From a virus, in the IMG/VR virus record IMGVR_UViG_3300025869_000011, positions 13,873 to 77,872 of that record: a stretch of 64,000 nt of DNA; one strand, written 5' to 3'. The position numbers and the translations under genes are program-made. The notes below the pieces were generated by a model. The model was not told the origin of the DNA, made no database searches, and worked only from the letters and a program-made list of their open reading frames with translations. Position 1 is the stretch's first letter. Each line of letters begins with the position of its first letter. Shown here one piece after another: positions 8,945 through 19,571 of the stretch.

Positions 8945-10063
8945 ATGACAGAGGAATTACAAAAAATTAACGAAGAGGCATCTAAGTTTTATAATTATGA
9001 ACAGGCAGTTAAGTTAATGCTTAACTCTATTTACGGCGCATTTGGTAATCCTTATTTTTATTTCTTTAATGTTGATATTGCTGAAACTATTACACTCCAA
9101 GGTAAAGATGCAATTTTATATACCGAACAATTAGTTAATAAGTATTTTAAAGAGTTTTGGCATAAAGATCTACCAGCTCACGCTGCTATGGGTATTACTG
9201 TAACAGGTAAAATTGAAAAACCAGTAGGTATTTATATTGATACAGATTCAGTGTATGTTAAATTTGATGAAGTAATTCAAAAGTCGGAAGGCTGGAACGG
9301 TGATGAAAAAGAATTTATACTTAAGCTTTATAAGGTTAGGTTAAATGGTTATATAGAAAAGATTCTACAAAAATATGCAGACGATAATAATGCAGAAAAC
9401 TTTTTATCTTTTGAATTAGAAAGTATTGCTAAAAATGCAATATGGTTGGCAAAGAAAAAGTATATGCAGAATATAGTTTGGAAGGATCCGGATATTCACT
9501 ATGATGATCTTTCTAAAATTAGTTCAAAAGGATTTGAAATCATTCAGTCATCTACTCCTATTTTTGCAAGAGAAAAATTAAAAGAACTATTAACTTACAT
9601 ATTTTCTGTAAGTGAATTAGATATGGGAGCATTTGCATCTTTGCTTAAGGATGTTAAAAGACAATTTAGATTAGCAAATGTTGATCAAATCAGTTTTTCA
9701 AGAAAGGTTAATAATTATCAAAAGTATATTGTAAATGATTATGAACAATTTGAGATCGCATCAAAATGCCCAATCGGCGTAAGATCTGCAGGTTATCATA
9801 ATTACTTATTAAACAATTCAGGCAAAAAAGGTAAATACCAACCATTAGGAAACGGGGAAAAATGTAAAATGTATTTTTCTGAAGATAATTCCTGTGATGT
9901 ATTTGCATATGCACCTGGAGATTATCCTTATGAATTCGCGCCTAAGATTGATTACGATCGACAATTCGAAAAAACAATATTAGATCCTATAAACAGAGTT
10001 GTTACTGCTATGGGATTTAAGGGATTCAATAGAAACTTGATTTATACTACAAGTTTATTTTAA
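8945..10063 (+). CDS. gp43: Family B DNA polymerase, C-terminal subunit only (split gp43)
   Basis: KLMLNSIYGAFGN (motif B), YIDTDSVY (motif C), KKKY; no exonuclease domain or DxxSLYPS motif A. Confidence 0.9.
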   Translation: MTEELQKINEEASKFYNYEQAVKLMLNSIYGAFGNPYFYFFNVDIAETITLQGKDAILYTEQLVNKYFKEFWHKDLPAHAAMGITVTGKIEKPVGIYIDTDSVYVKFDEVIQKSEGWNGDEKEFILKLYKVRLNGYIEKILQKYADDNNAENFLSFELESIAKNAIWLAKKKYMQNIVWKDPDIHYDDLSKISSKGFEIIQSSTPIFAREKLKELLTYIFSVSELDMGAFASLLKDVKRQFRLANVDQISFSRKVNNYQKYIVNDYEQFEIASKCPIGVRSAGYHNYLLNNSGKKGKYQPLGNGEKCKMYFSEDNSCDVFAYAPGDYPYEFAPKIDYDRQFEKTILDPINRVVTAMGFKGFNRNLIYTTSLF

Positions 10064-10076
10064 AAAAAATTATGTT

Positions 10077-11696
10077 ATGAAAAACCCAGATAAATTAAAC
10101 AGAAAAGATATAAGCAATTTATGTAAATTAGCGCTAGATAAAGGTGGTGATTTAGTTCCATTAAAAATTCCTTCGTCAGAATCATTAGGTGAAGGATTGA
10201 CTAATGGTTCGATTCTTTTTCATAAAGATAAATGGCTTCTTAATTTAAGGAGAGTTGGATATCTATTTTATCAATCTGAAAATAAACAAAAATTCCCATG
10301 CCCTTGGGGTCCTTTAGTTTATTTAAATCCAGAAAATGATGTAGTATTAAGAACTACAAATTATATCTGTGATTTAAATAGTGATACTCTTGAGGTTGAT
10401 AAATGGAGAAAAACAGATACTACATTATTAGATAGACCACCATTATGGGAATTTATTGGATTAGAGGATGCCCGTTTACAATTTTGGGATAACAAATTAT
10501 ATCAAACGGGCGTGCGACGTGACACTACAGTCAATGGGCAAGGTAGAATGGAATTATCTACAATTAAGAATGACGAGTCTTGTATGGAGATTGATAGAGT
10601 AAGAATAGAGCCTCCTAATGATCCTACTTCTTATTGTGAAAAAAATTGGATGGCTATAAATGATATGCCATACCATTATATTAAATGGTCAAGCCCAACA
10701 GAATTAGTAAAGGTAGATCCTAATAAAGGTACTTCAGAATTAGTAAAAATTGTAGACCAATCTCATATTAAAACAAAAAGAGATATGAGAGGTTCTTCTA
10801 ATATAATTAAATATAAAGATTACTGGGTAGGAATAATTCATGAAGTAGATCTTTGGTTTAATTCGGAATCTCAAAAAGACTCAATTTATTATCACAGATT
10901 TGTTGTTTGGGATAAAGATTGGAAAATTAAATATATTAGTGATGAATTTGATTTTATGACTGGGCGAGTTGAATTCACTTGTGGTATTGCATTTGACGAA
11001 AAGACTAATAACTTTTTAATACCATTTGGATTTCAAGATCATACTTCATTTATGTTAAGTTTACCTGAATCTGTATTTAGGGAAGTTACTAATATGGAGC
11101 CTATAAAAACCAAAGAAAGCGTAAAGAAAACCACTAAACATAAAACACTTCATAATTTCATTCATAATCCATTTAATGCTAAGGCTGCGTTTAAACTTGG
11201 GGAGGGGTATTTTAAAGAAGGTCATTGGGGATCTGCTTTAGGTTTCTTTTTAAGAGCAGCGGAATATACTGATGATTTAGATCTTCAATACGAGTCATTT
11301 TTCATGGTGTGTAGATGTCTTGCAAATAAAGGTGGTCGTGATGAATGTGAACAAAAAATGTGGTTGCAATTAATTTCATTAGATCCTACTCGACCTGAAG
11401 GTTATGGTGCAATGTCTTCATATTATTCATGGAGAGGTAATTATCATAATGCTTATTTTTATAGTAACCTAGGTTATACTTTAGGTAAAGAATGCAAGCC
11501 TATGATAAAATCTACTGGTGCTATAATTAGTAAATCACCTCTATTAAAGCAAACTAAATTATTTGGATCATCTTATGGTTTAATGAAAGATAAATTAGAA
11601 ATACTTAAAGATTTTATATCTAACCCTAAAAATCATAATCCGGCATTACATGCATTTATGTCACAAGAAGCAGTAAAGTATAAACTTGTACAATAA
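10077..11696 (+). CDS. Beta-propeller glycosidase-like domain plus TPR-like C-terminus
   Basis: GLEDARL, EKNWM, RGSS, YYHRFV, VEFTCG motifs of GH43/GH130-like propellers; helical repeats after about aa 360. Confidence 0.55.
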   Translation: MKNPDKLNRKDISNLCKLALDKGGDLVPLKIPSSESLGEGLTNGSILFHKDKWLLNLRRVGYLFYQSENKQKFPCPWGPLVYLNPENDVVLRTTNYICDLNSDTLEVDKWRKTDTTLLDRPPLWEFIGLEDARLQFWDNKLYQTGVRRDTTVNGQGRMELSTIKNDESCMEIDRVRIEPPNDPTSYCEKNWMAINDMPYHYIKWSSPTELVKVDPNKGTSELVKIVDQSHIKTKRDMRGSSNIIKYKDYWVGIIHEVDLWFNSESQKDSIYYHRFVVWDKDWKIKYISDEFDFMTGRVEFTCGIAFDEKTNNFLIPFGFQDHTSFMLSLPESVFREVTNMEPIKTKESVKKTTKHKTLHNFIHNPFNAKAAFKLGEGYFKEGHWGSALGFFLRAAEYTDDLDLQYESFFMVCRCLANKGGRDECEQKMWLQLISLDPTRPEGYGAMSSYYSWRGNYHNAYFYSNLGYTLGKECKPMIKSTGAIISKSPLLKQTKLFGSSYGLMKDKLEILKDFISNPKNHNPALHAFMSQEAVKYKLVQ

Positions 11697-11728
11697 AACA
11701 ACTCTTATATTTTCTATATAATAATAAA
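11696..11728 (+). promoter_or_regulatory. Putative middle promoter
   Basis: AAAC-N17-TATAATAATAAA. Confidence 0.65.
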
Positions 11729-11739
11729 ATAAAACAAAT

Positions 11740-12936
11740 ATGGCAAAAGAATTTTCATTCGCAGATTTAAACAAAGAAATGTCAAAACACTCCACATACG
11801 GAGAGACTTTAGACAAATCAACTATTTCAGAAATAGATCATTATATACCAACTGGAAATTGGCATCTTAATGCTTGCTTAACAGGCTCGCTGTTTGGTGG
11901 TTATCCTAATAACAGGGCAGTTGCATTAGCAGGACCCTCCGGTACTGGTAAAACTTATCTTATCTTAAATGCAATTAAACAAGCACAGGCACAAGGTTAT
12001 AGTATTGTATTTTATGATTCTGAAAATGCTGTAGATAAAACTTTAGTAGAAAAGTTTGGTATTGATCCAACAAAATTTCGTTATGAGCCATGTAATACGG
12101 TTCAAGAATTTAGAACTTCGGTAACGGCAATTACCGATGTATTAATCGAACAAAAAGCAAAAGGTATCGCTCTACCTAAAATTATGGTCGTGCTGGATTC
12201 TGCAGGTAACTTAGCAACCCAAAAAGAAATTGATGATGCTAAAACTGGAAGTAGTAAAGCTGATATGACAAGAGCTAAATTATTAAAATCTACATTCCGA
12301 ATCATTATGACGCAATTCGGTATATGTAAAATACCTTTCTTATTTACTAATCATACTTACCAAACACAAGATCTTTTCTCTAGGCAAGTAGGTGGCGGTG
12401 GAACTGGTCCTGAATATGCTGCCTCTATTATTTTATTTTTAGGTAAAGCAAAACTTAAAGAAGGTATAGAACAAACCGGTATTATTGTTACTGCCAAACC
12501 AAATAAAAATAGATTTGCAAAACCTACTAATATTAAATTCCATATTTCTTTTAATAAAGGTATGAATCCTTATATTGGATTAGAGGAGTATATAAGTTGG
12601 GATACATGTGGAGTTGAACGAGGAAGATTTATAAATGAGAATGCATTTAAGAAATTAACTGATATAGGTAAAGCTGAATGTAGAGAACATTCTTTTGATA
12701 AGGATGGTAAAAAGGTTACTATTTATTTTCAACCAGCCGCAACTGCAAGAAAGATATGCGTAAAGCATCTTAATGATACTGTAGATCTTAATCAATTATT
12801 TACACCAGAAGTAATGACCGAGGGTGTACTGAAGGCATTGGAGCCAATCGTTGCTGCTAAGTTTAAGTATGGTGAAGAACTTGATGTTGAAAATTTAACC
12901 GAAATGCTAGAAGCCGATGTTACCGAAAAATCTTAA
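11740..12936 (+). CDS. uvsX: RecA-like recombinase UvsX
   Basis: AGPSGTGKT Walker A, FYDSE, VLDSAGNL, DMTRAK, TNHTY, GGG. Confidence 0.92.
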   Translation: MAKEFSFADLNKEMSKHSTYGETLDKSTISEIDHYIPTGNWHLNACLTGSLFGGYPNNRAVALAGPSGTGKTYLILNAIKQAQAQGYSIVFYDSENAVDKTLVEKFGIDPTKFRYEPCNTVQEFRTSVTAITDVLIEQKAKGIALPKIMVVLDSAGNLATQKEIDDAKTGSSKADMTRAKLLKSTFRIIMTQFGICKIPFLFTNHTYQTQDLFSRQVGGGGTGPEYAASIILFLGKAKLKEGIEQTGIIVTAKPNKNRFAKPTNIKFHISFNKGMNPYIGLEEYISWDTCGVERGRFINENAFKKLTDIGKAECREHSFDKDGKKVTIYFQPAATARKICVKHLNDTVDLNQLFTPEVMTEGVLKALEPIVAAKFKYGEELDVENLTEMLEADVTEKS

Positions 12937-13216
12937 TACTGCAAAACTTAAAGTAAAGCATGTATTAGGAAATCATACAACATTACCAACTTACCCAGAC
13001 GCTGAAGATATTACGTATGAACTGATACGAGATTATTGTGGTAAAGTAGCAAAGGAAATTAAATTTACTAATGTATCTTTACAGAAAAAGTACAGCCTTA
13101 CTGATGAAAAGGTTAATGAAATTTTAATGACTCTTAAAAAGAAAAAGATTATTAAAGTATCATTATCTAATTCTGCATATACTACATACGAAATTATTAC
13201 AAATCCATATGAATAA
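12917..13216 (+). CDS. Hypothetical protein (possible winged helix)
   Basis: ORF overlapping both neighbours, normal codon usage. Confidence 0.5.
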   Translation: MLPKNLNTAKLKVKHVLGNHTTLPTYPDAEDITYELIRDYCGKVAKEIKFTNVSLQKKYSLTDEKVNEILMTLKKKKIIKVSLSNSAYTTYEIITNPYE

Positions 13217-13976
13217 GCATGACTTAAGATTTAAAGAAACTCGCGGTGTTAAATTCATATGTGATGTTCATGATATGATGGGCCAACAGATATTAGGTGA
13301 TCAAGGATGGGAGCTTCATTTAGAAGATGTCTATAAAAAAATAATACTTAATGACTTTACTATTATTGATGTAGGTGCTAATATTGGTTGGCATACAGTT
13401 CAGTTTGGATTGCTAGGTAAAGAAGTGCATGCATTTGAACCAGTAAAATCTAATTTCTATAATCTCTGTGGTAATGTTGTTGTTAACAATTTAAGTGATA
13501 AGATTACTTTATATGAAGAAGCATTAAGTAATAAACCAGAGTTACTAGGTATTATTAATCAAGAAGATTTTTATGAAAATCCATTATGGTCACATAATAC
13601 AAAGGAATTGGTATTTAATAATTGTGGCGGTATTGCATTAGGAAATACTGATAATAGTAATATGACTGCTAATACATTGGATAGTTTTTCATTCGCACCA
13701 ACTTTAATTAAAATAGATGTTGAAGGATTTGAGCTTAAGGTTTTACAAGGTTCTATGAAAACTTTAAATAATCATAAGCCAATTGTTTTAATTGAACTTC
13801 ACCCCAAAAATACTGATAATGAATCCATAAAGACAATTCTCTTATCATTAGGTTATAAGATGTATTTAATACCTAACTCATATAATACATATCAGCATTA
13901 TGATTATTTAGCTTACCATGATGATACTAAACATGGTAAATTTGTTCAAAGGCTTATAGATTTAAACAAAATATAG
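13209..13976 (+). CDS. FkbM family SAM-dependent methyltransferase
   Basis: IDVGANIGWH, AFEP, LIKIDVEGFELKVLQG. Confidence 0.9.
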   Translation: MNKHDLRFKETRGVKFICDVHDMMGQQILGDQGWELHLEDVYKKIILNDFTIIDVGANIGWHTVQFGLLGKEVHAFEPVKSNFYNLCGNVVVNNLSDKITLYEEALSNKPELLGIINQEDFYENPLWSHNTKELVFNNCGGIALGNTDNSNMTANTLDSFSFAPTLIKIDVEGFELKVLQGSMKTLNNHKPIVLIELHPKNTDNESIKTILLSLGYKMYLIPNSYNTYQHYDYLAYHDDTKHGKFVQRLIDLNKI

Positions 13977-13997
13977 ATTTTACTATATAAAAATAAA
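13964..13997 (+). promoter_or_regulatory. Putative middle promoter
   Basis: AAAC-N18-TATAAAAATAAA before the helicase gene. Confidence 0.6.
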
Positions 13998-14002
13998 CAA
14001 AA

Positions 14003-15286
14003 ATGAACTCCAGTACAGACCACGAAAAAATATTTTTTAATTACTTTCTTAAAAAGCCACATTATCTAAAAAGTACTGGCCCAGGCTTCTTTTCTAATAA
14101 TGATTTAGATCAAATAGCTAAACTATCTAAAAAGTTTTATACTGATTTTGGTGAAAGCCCTTCAAGAGAACAGATGAAGGCTCTTATTAAAGATGATCCA
14201 AATGAAATACCTTCTGATATAGTTTCTTCTATTTATGATATTAATATTAATGAATATGATCAGGATTGGTTAAAAAGAACTGGTGAGGCATGGGTTAAAT
14301 GGAAACATTTTGATAAACAATTAGTAAGAACAATTGAATATGTAAAAACTCAAGATGTATCACCAGAAAATGTTGAGGATGTTGTAACTCGTGCTATTGG
14401 CATGATCTCAACAGAAGGATCATTAAACTTTGATACTGATATTGGATTAGACTTTTTTAAACCAGAAGATCATGTACAAAGAACATCAAAGAAAATTGAA
14501 ACAGGTTGGACTTTCGTAGATAATGTATCAGGTGGTGGGTATGATACAAAATCTTTAATAGTTTATGCAGGAGAACAAAATATTGGTAAATCTATATGGT
14601 TGGCTAATGATGCTGCTAACTTTGTTAGAATGGGTCATAACGTAGTTTTTATTACTGCTGAAATGTCAGCTCAAAAGGTTTTAAAAAGAATAGGTTCTAA
14701 TCTGTTACAAATTCCAATGCCACAGTACGATGAAAAAACTGGTAATAGAGATTATATGAAAAGACGTTTAGAAAAAATATCTCGAGGTTTATTACCACCA
14801 GGTAAACTTTTTGTAAAAGAAATGCCAACATCACAAGGTACTGTTTTAGATATAGAAGCATACTTAAAAGATTTAGAAGAAGCACAAGATCATAAAGTAA
14901 ATGTATTAGTTGTAGATTATATTAATATTCTTGCAAATTATAGAAATCCTAATACTGAAAATACTTATATGAAGATTAAACAAATTGCCGAAGATCTTCG
15001 AGCATTGGCAGTTAAAAGAGATATGTTAGTAATTTCAGCCACACAAATTAACCGTGGTGCATGGGATGCTACTGAGGTAAGAATGGAAAACATTGCTGAA
15101 TCTGCTGGTCTTGCGCATACTGCAGATGTTATGTATGCTTTAATACAAGATTCAATGATGCATGCAGAACGAGAATACTGGTTAAAGGTATTAAAAATTA
15201 GAGATGGTCAAGGTAAAGGTACTCGATGTAGATTTAATATTGATTATGATCACATGAGATTAACCGAAACTGACGATATAAATTAA
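14003..15286 (+). CDS. gp41: Replicative DnaB-like helicase
   Basis: AGEQNIGKS, ITAEMS, VVDYINI, AEDLRALA, SATQINR, AESAGL. Confidence 0.92.
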   Translation: MNSSTDHEKIFFNYFLKKPHYLKSTGPGFFSNNDLDQIAKLSKKFYTDFGESPSREQMKALIKDDPNEIPSDIVSSIYDININEYDQDWLKRTGEAWVKWKHFDKQLVRTIEYVKTQDVSPENVEDVVTRAIGMISTEGSLNFDTDIGLDFFKPEDHVQRTSKKIETGWTFVDNVSGGGYDTKSLIVYAGEQNIGKSIWLANDAANFVRMGHNVVFITAEMSAQKVLKRIGSNLLQIPMPQYDEKTGNRDYMKRRLEKISRGLLPPGKLFVKEMPTSQGTVLDIEAYLKDLEEAQDHKVNVLVVDYINILANYRNPNTENTYMKIKQIAEDLRALAVKRDMLVISATQINRGAWDATEVRMENIAESAGLAHTADVMYALIQDSMMHAEREYWLKVLKIRDGQGKGTRCRFNIDYDHMRLTETDDIN

Positions 15287-15297
15287 ACTTAAAAGAT

Positions 15298-15795
15298 ATG
15301 TGGGGAAAAAAGAAAAAACCTAAATTAGATGAAAACGGAAAACCTATTCCACCTAAATTAGCAGACAAAGATAAAATTTTTAATAATTCATACGGTGATC
15401 AGGATATTACTGAAAACCGAGTTAACTTTACTGTTGCTGCAACTTATGGTGATAGTATGGATCCTGATGATAGGATGCACTATGAATTACTAATTAAGAA
15501 GATTGATAAAATTATAAAGGGTAGTGAATATGAGCATTTAAATGAAGCTACGCCAGAAGGAGTAATTAAGAAATTAAATAAAGTACAAATCAATAGAGTA
15601 TATTCTCATATCATAGAAAAGATTGGGGATGGGTATACAAGAGTTGATTTGTTTAGTGTTATATCAGATTACTTTGATGTATTCCCTAATAAATTTTATA
15701 ATTCTCTTTCTAATAAATTTAAAGATGAACTTATTAAAGAATTGGACGATAAGTATAATATCTTAGAAAAAAGAAAAATCAGAAAATTATTTTAA
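15298..15795 (+). CDS. Hypothetical protein, C-terminus weakly gp33-like (late transcription co-activator)
   Basis: Helical C-terminal pattern ...SLSNKFKDELIKEL...NIL and terminal RKLF; weak recognition only. Confidence 0.35.
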   Translation: MWGKKKKPKLDENGKPIPPKLADKDKIFNNSYGDQDITENRVNFTVAATYGDSMDPDDRMHYELLIKKIDKIIKGSEYEHLNEATPEGVIKKLNKVQINRVYSHIIEKIGDGYTRVDLFSVISDYFDVFPNKFYNSLSNKFKDELIKELDDKYNILEKRKIRKLF

Positions 15796-15796
15796 T

Positions 15797-16882
15797 ATGG
15801 CAAGAGTTTGGATGGTTAGCGATTCACATTTAGGCTGTAGATCAAATTCTGTATTATGGCTTAATATTATTGAAGATTACTTTTTTGGGTTTTTTATACC
15901 TTTAGTTAAAAAAGAATATAAAGAAGGTGATGTTCTTTATCATTTAGGTGATGTATTCGATAATCGCCAAAGTGTTAATTTAGCTGCGCAAGATTTAGCA
16001 ATTAGAGTGTTTGAAGAATTAGGTAAGATATTTCCTGATATTCATATTATAGTTGGTAATCATGATATTATGAGAAAGAATTCTAATGATATTGCATCTG
16101 TTGATTGTTTAAAGTATTTACCTAATGTTACTGTTCATAAGGAACCAAGAATTTTAAAGTATAATAATACTAAATGTTTACTTATGCCTTGGAGAAGAGA
16201 CCATGAACATGAAAAGGAAACTTTAGATTCTATAAAGGAAAATATTGATTATATGTTTTGTCATACTGAAACTCGTGGTGTACAAACTTCTCCTAGTACA
16301 AAACATTTACATGAAGGGGGTAATGATGTAGGAATATTTAAAAGATTTAAAAGAGTTTATTCTGGTCATATTCATTATAGACAAGATAAGCAAAATTTTG
16401 TTCTTGTAGGTAATCCTTATCAAATGACAAGATCTGATAGAGGAAATCAAAAAGGTATTTATGTATTAGATTTAGATACAGGAAAGCATGAATTCTTTAT
16501 GAATAAAAGAAGTCCTGAATTTATAAGGTATTATATTAATGATATCTTAGAGATGCGTATGGATGACATAAAGAAGGAAATAAAGGATAATTTTGTAGAT
16601 GTTTTTATACCATCAAATGTTCTAGGTAAATATAACATTAATATGTTTATGGATTATTTGGATGGAGTTGCTAGAAAATTAGAACCAAGAATCTATGATG
16701 AAGAAAATCCTTATGATAGAGAAGATGGAGAAATGTCTGATTTTAATGGAGAACTTAATTTAATGAACATTGCAGCTGAATACATTAATTCATTAGAATA
16801 TGAAGAAGATCTAAAAGAAAGATTAAAGGTATCAGTACAAGATTTATATAAAAGAACATTATCACCGAATCATGAAGATTAA
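15797..16882 (+). CDS. gp47: Recombination nuclease, Mre11/SbcD-like
   Basis: SDSHLG, LGDVFDNR, VGNHD, SGHIH. Confidence 0.9.
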   Translation: MARVWMVSDSHLGCRSNSVLWLNIIEDYFFGFFIPLVKKEYKEGDVLYHLGDVFDNRQSVNLAAQDLAIRVFEELGKIFPDIHIIVGNHDIMRKNSNDIASVDCLKYLPNVTVHKEPRILKYNNTKCLLMPWRRDHEHEKETLDSIKENIDYMFCHTETRGVQTSPSTKHLHEGGNDVGIFKRFKRVYSGHIHYRQDKQNFVLVGNPYQMTRSDRGNQKGIYVLDLDTGKHEFFMNKRSPEFIRYYINDILEMRMDDIKKEIKDNFVDVFIPSNVLGKYNINMFMDYLDGVARKLEPRIYDEENPYDREDGEMSDFNGELNLMNIAAEYINSLEYEEDLKERLKVSVQDLYKRTLSPNHED

Positions 16883-18542
16883 AAAAGTAGAATTTAAAAA
16901 CTTTGCAAGTTACGGAAACCGAATGCAGGTAATAGAATTTGATAAAGATAAAAGTGATCTTTATTTAGTTCTTGGTGGAAATGGTGCAGGTAAAAGTACT
17001 CTTGCAAAAGTTATAACCTATTTATGTTACGGTAAAGTCGAAGGGTCAACCTTAAAAGATTTACCTAATAGAGTAAATGGTGCTCTTTGGGGTAAGATAC
17101 ATTTAGAATCTAAAAACAACACCGTTGAAATAGAACGAGGAATTAATCCTGGTATTTTTAATGTAAAAATAAATGGATCTGAATATGATGTTGCAGGTAA
17201 AGTAAATTTACAAGATTTTTTAGAAACTGAAATTTATGAAATACCTTACCATGTATTTAAGAATGTAATTATTTTGTCTGTAAATGATTTTAAGTCTTTT
17301 ATTACAATGTCTCCTTATGATAAGAAAAGAATCATTGATAAAATATTTGGATTTTCTATTATCAATGAAATGGCTGAAGCCGTTAAAGAAAAGAGGAGAA
17401 CTATTATTGAGGAGATCCGAACATATGATGATGAAATAAGAACCCTTAATGAATCAATAGAATCTGTAATCGATAAGATAAAGCATTTTGAAAAGGTTAG
17501 TAAAAACAAAGATGCTGAAAAGATTAAAATTCTTAAAGAAAAATTATTACAGTTAAATGAAAACAGGAAAAAGTTAAAAGAACTTACATCTGCTACAAAA
17601 GTTAACTTAGAAAAATTAGATGAAAATTCAAGAAAGCAGAACAATAAAAAATCAACATTAAATTCTAAGATTAATACTGTTAAGAAAGAACTTAAGCTAT
17701 ATGAAAATAATTCATGCCCTACCTGCACAGCCCCTCTTAATTCTGATTTTCATTTAGATATTAAAAAAGAAAAAGAAGATTCTTTAGATTTATTATTTAC
17801 TGAATGGAATCAAATAAAGGAAGACGCTGAAAGAGCAGAAACTGAATTAATTGATCTTAGACAAAAAGGTAGAAAAATACATGTTAAGGTTGGTCAATTA
17901 GAAACTCAAATGGAAGCCATTAAAGATAAGTTAATCGAAATGGCTGATAAGGATGAGTCTGAATCAGGATCACATCTCAAACAACTAGTAAAAGATTTTA
18001 AAAATCGAAAAGATGATAAATCTACAGGTAAGTTAAAAAGTGAAGGGGAAGATTATTATTTAACTATCTTAGAAAATATTATGGGTGAAAATGGAATTAA
18101 GAACTTAGCAGTAAGATCTATACTTCCTTCATTTAATAACCACATTCAATTAATGGGGAGAGAAATGGGAATACCGTTTGGTATTAGATTTAACGAAAAG
18201 TTTTACTGTTCTCTTCATCATCTAGGAACAGAGATTAGCCCTAAGACGCTAAGCACAGGTGAAAAGAAAAAGGTTGATTTTGTAATTATTATGGCATTAA
18301 TAAAAATGATTAAGGTTAGGTTTCCTTCATTAAACATTCTTTTTCTGGATGAAATCTTCTCTTCTATTGACTCTGATGGCGTACACCATATAATTAACAT
18401 ACTTCATAATACAATACAAGATATAGGCCTCAATACCTTTGTTATCAACCATACAGTTTTACCAAGCGAATATTTCGATAAAAAGATTGAAATAACTAAA
18501 GATGGTGGCTTTAGTGAATTTAACATTGAATCTATTGGATAA
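16872..18542 (+). CDS. gp46: Recombination ATPase, Rad50/SbcC-like
   Basis: GGNGAGKST, CPTC zinc hook, LSTGEKK, FLDEIF. Confidence 0.92.
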   Translation: MKIKKVEFKNFASYGNRMQVIEFDKDKSDLYLVLGGNGAGKSTLAKVITYLCYGKVEGSTLKDLPNRVNGALWGKIHLESKNNTVEIERGINPGIFNVKINGSEYDVAGKVNLQDFLETEIYEIPYHVFKNVIILSVNDFKSFITMSPYDKKRIIDKIFGFSIINEMAEAVKEKRRTIIEEIRTYDDEIRTLNESIESVIDKIKHFEKVSKNKDAEKIKILKEKLLQLNENRKKLKELTSATKVNLEKLDENSRKQNNKKSTLNSKINTVKKELKLYENNSCPTCTAPLNSDFHLDIKKEKEDSLDLLFTEWNQIKEDAERAETELIDLRQKGRKIHVKVGQLETQMEAIKDKLIEMADKDESESGSHLKQLVKDFKNRKDDKSTGKLKSEGEDYYLTILENIMGENGIKNLAVRSILPSFNNHIQLMGREMGIPFGIRFNEKFYCSLHHLGTEISPKTLSTGEKKKVDFVIIMALIKMIKVRFPSLNILFLDEIFSSIDSDGVHHIINILHNTIQDIGLNTFVINHTVLPSEYFDKKIEITKDGGFSEFNIESIG

Positions 18543-18567
18543 ATAGAATATAAACAAAGTCTAATAG

Positions 18568-19524
18568 ATGTCAGCATATAATCAGGAATTTAATAAAGAT
18601 AATACTATACTTAGGTACTTAGTAGTAGGTATGTTAGCCGAATTAAGCAAAAAAGTATATTATTATAATCAAGTAGATGAAGATACTTTAAAAAAGATTG
18701 AGGTACCTTTCTTTTATTCTATATCTGGTAATGAAAGATTTCTTTTAGATAACTTTATGTTTGATGCCGAAAAGGCAGGTAAAGCAATTGGAGATTATGA
18801 AGTAGTTCCTAGAGGTATACTTCAAATGAATTCTATGGCTATTGACTCTAGTGCACAAACCAATAAATTTACAAGAGCGGAATTTGTAAGAGAATGGAAT
18901 GGTGTATTAAAGACATTTTCTCTAATGACTAATTTCTTACCTGTTACTATGGGCTTCAGTGTAACTTTAATATGTTCTAATAATTTGGAAATGTTAAAGG
19001 TTACAGAGTCTATTATGAACAAATTATATAGGGCCACTACATTTCAGGTAGATTTAGGAATGTTTAGAGTTAATGCAAGTATGGGAGTCCCTGATGACTA
19101 TTCACAGGAGAGATCATTTGAATGGGGATTAAATGATAAAAAGGAATTCCAAGTTACTTTTGATATGGAGTTAAAATCATTTATGCCAGTATTTGAAAGT
19201 GGAATACTATTATCAGAAATAGACTTTATTACTAGACAAGCCTTAATTACAAATCCTGATGCTATTGGAGTTGGTCAGTTAAGATGCGATAGTAATGGTA
19301 ATGCTGGTATTTATTTCGGTGGTGTGTTTCAAAAGTTTGAATTTAGCGATGATAATATTTTAGTAGCACCTTTTGAAAACCTATTAAGTAATCAGGGTTA
19401 TAATAATACCACAAGCAAACAAGTAGGTGGGCCTTATGATAGAAGAGAAATAGATTCATCTAAAAAACCAACCGAATCATCAGAGAGTAGGCAATATCGA
19501 AATGCAGATGATGATGAAGGATAA
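18568..19524 (+). CDS. Tail sheath stabiliser/terminator (gp15-like)
   Basis: IEVPFFY...ERFL and VPRGILQMNSMAID resemble gp15 motifs. Confidence 0.55.
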   Translation: MSAYNQEFNKDNTILRYLVVGMLAELSKKVYYYNQVDEDTLKKIEVPFFYSISGNERFLLDNFMFDAEKAGKAIGDYEVVPRGILQMNSMAIDSSAQTNKFTRAEFVREWNGVLKTFSLMTNFLPVTMGFSVTLICSNNLEMLKVTESIMNKLYRATTFQVDLGMFRVNASMGVPDDYSQERSFEWGLNDKKEFQVTFDMELKSFMPVFESGILLSEIDFITRQALITNPDAIGVGQLRCDSNGNAGIYFGGVFQKFEFSDDNILVAPFENLLSNQGYNNTTSKQVGGPYDRREIDSSKKPTESSESRQYRNADDDEG

Positions 19525-19541
19525 TTAACTCTAAGATCCTA

Positions 19542-19553
19542 GAATATATAAAA
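19542..19553 (+). promoter_or_regulatory. Putative late promoter
   Basis: GAATATATAAA. Confidence 0.55.
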
Positions 19554-19571
19554 CAAATCAAATTCTATAAT

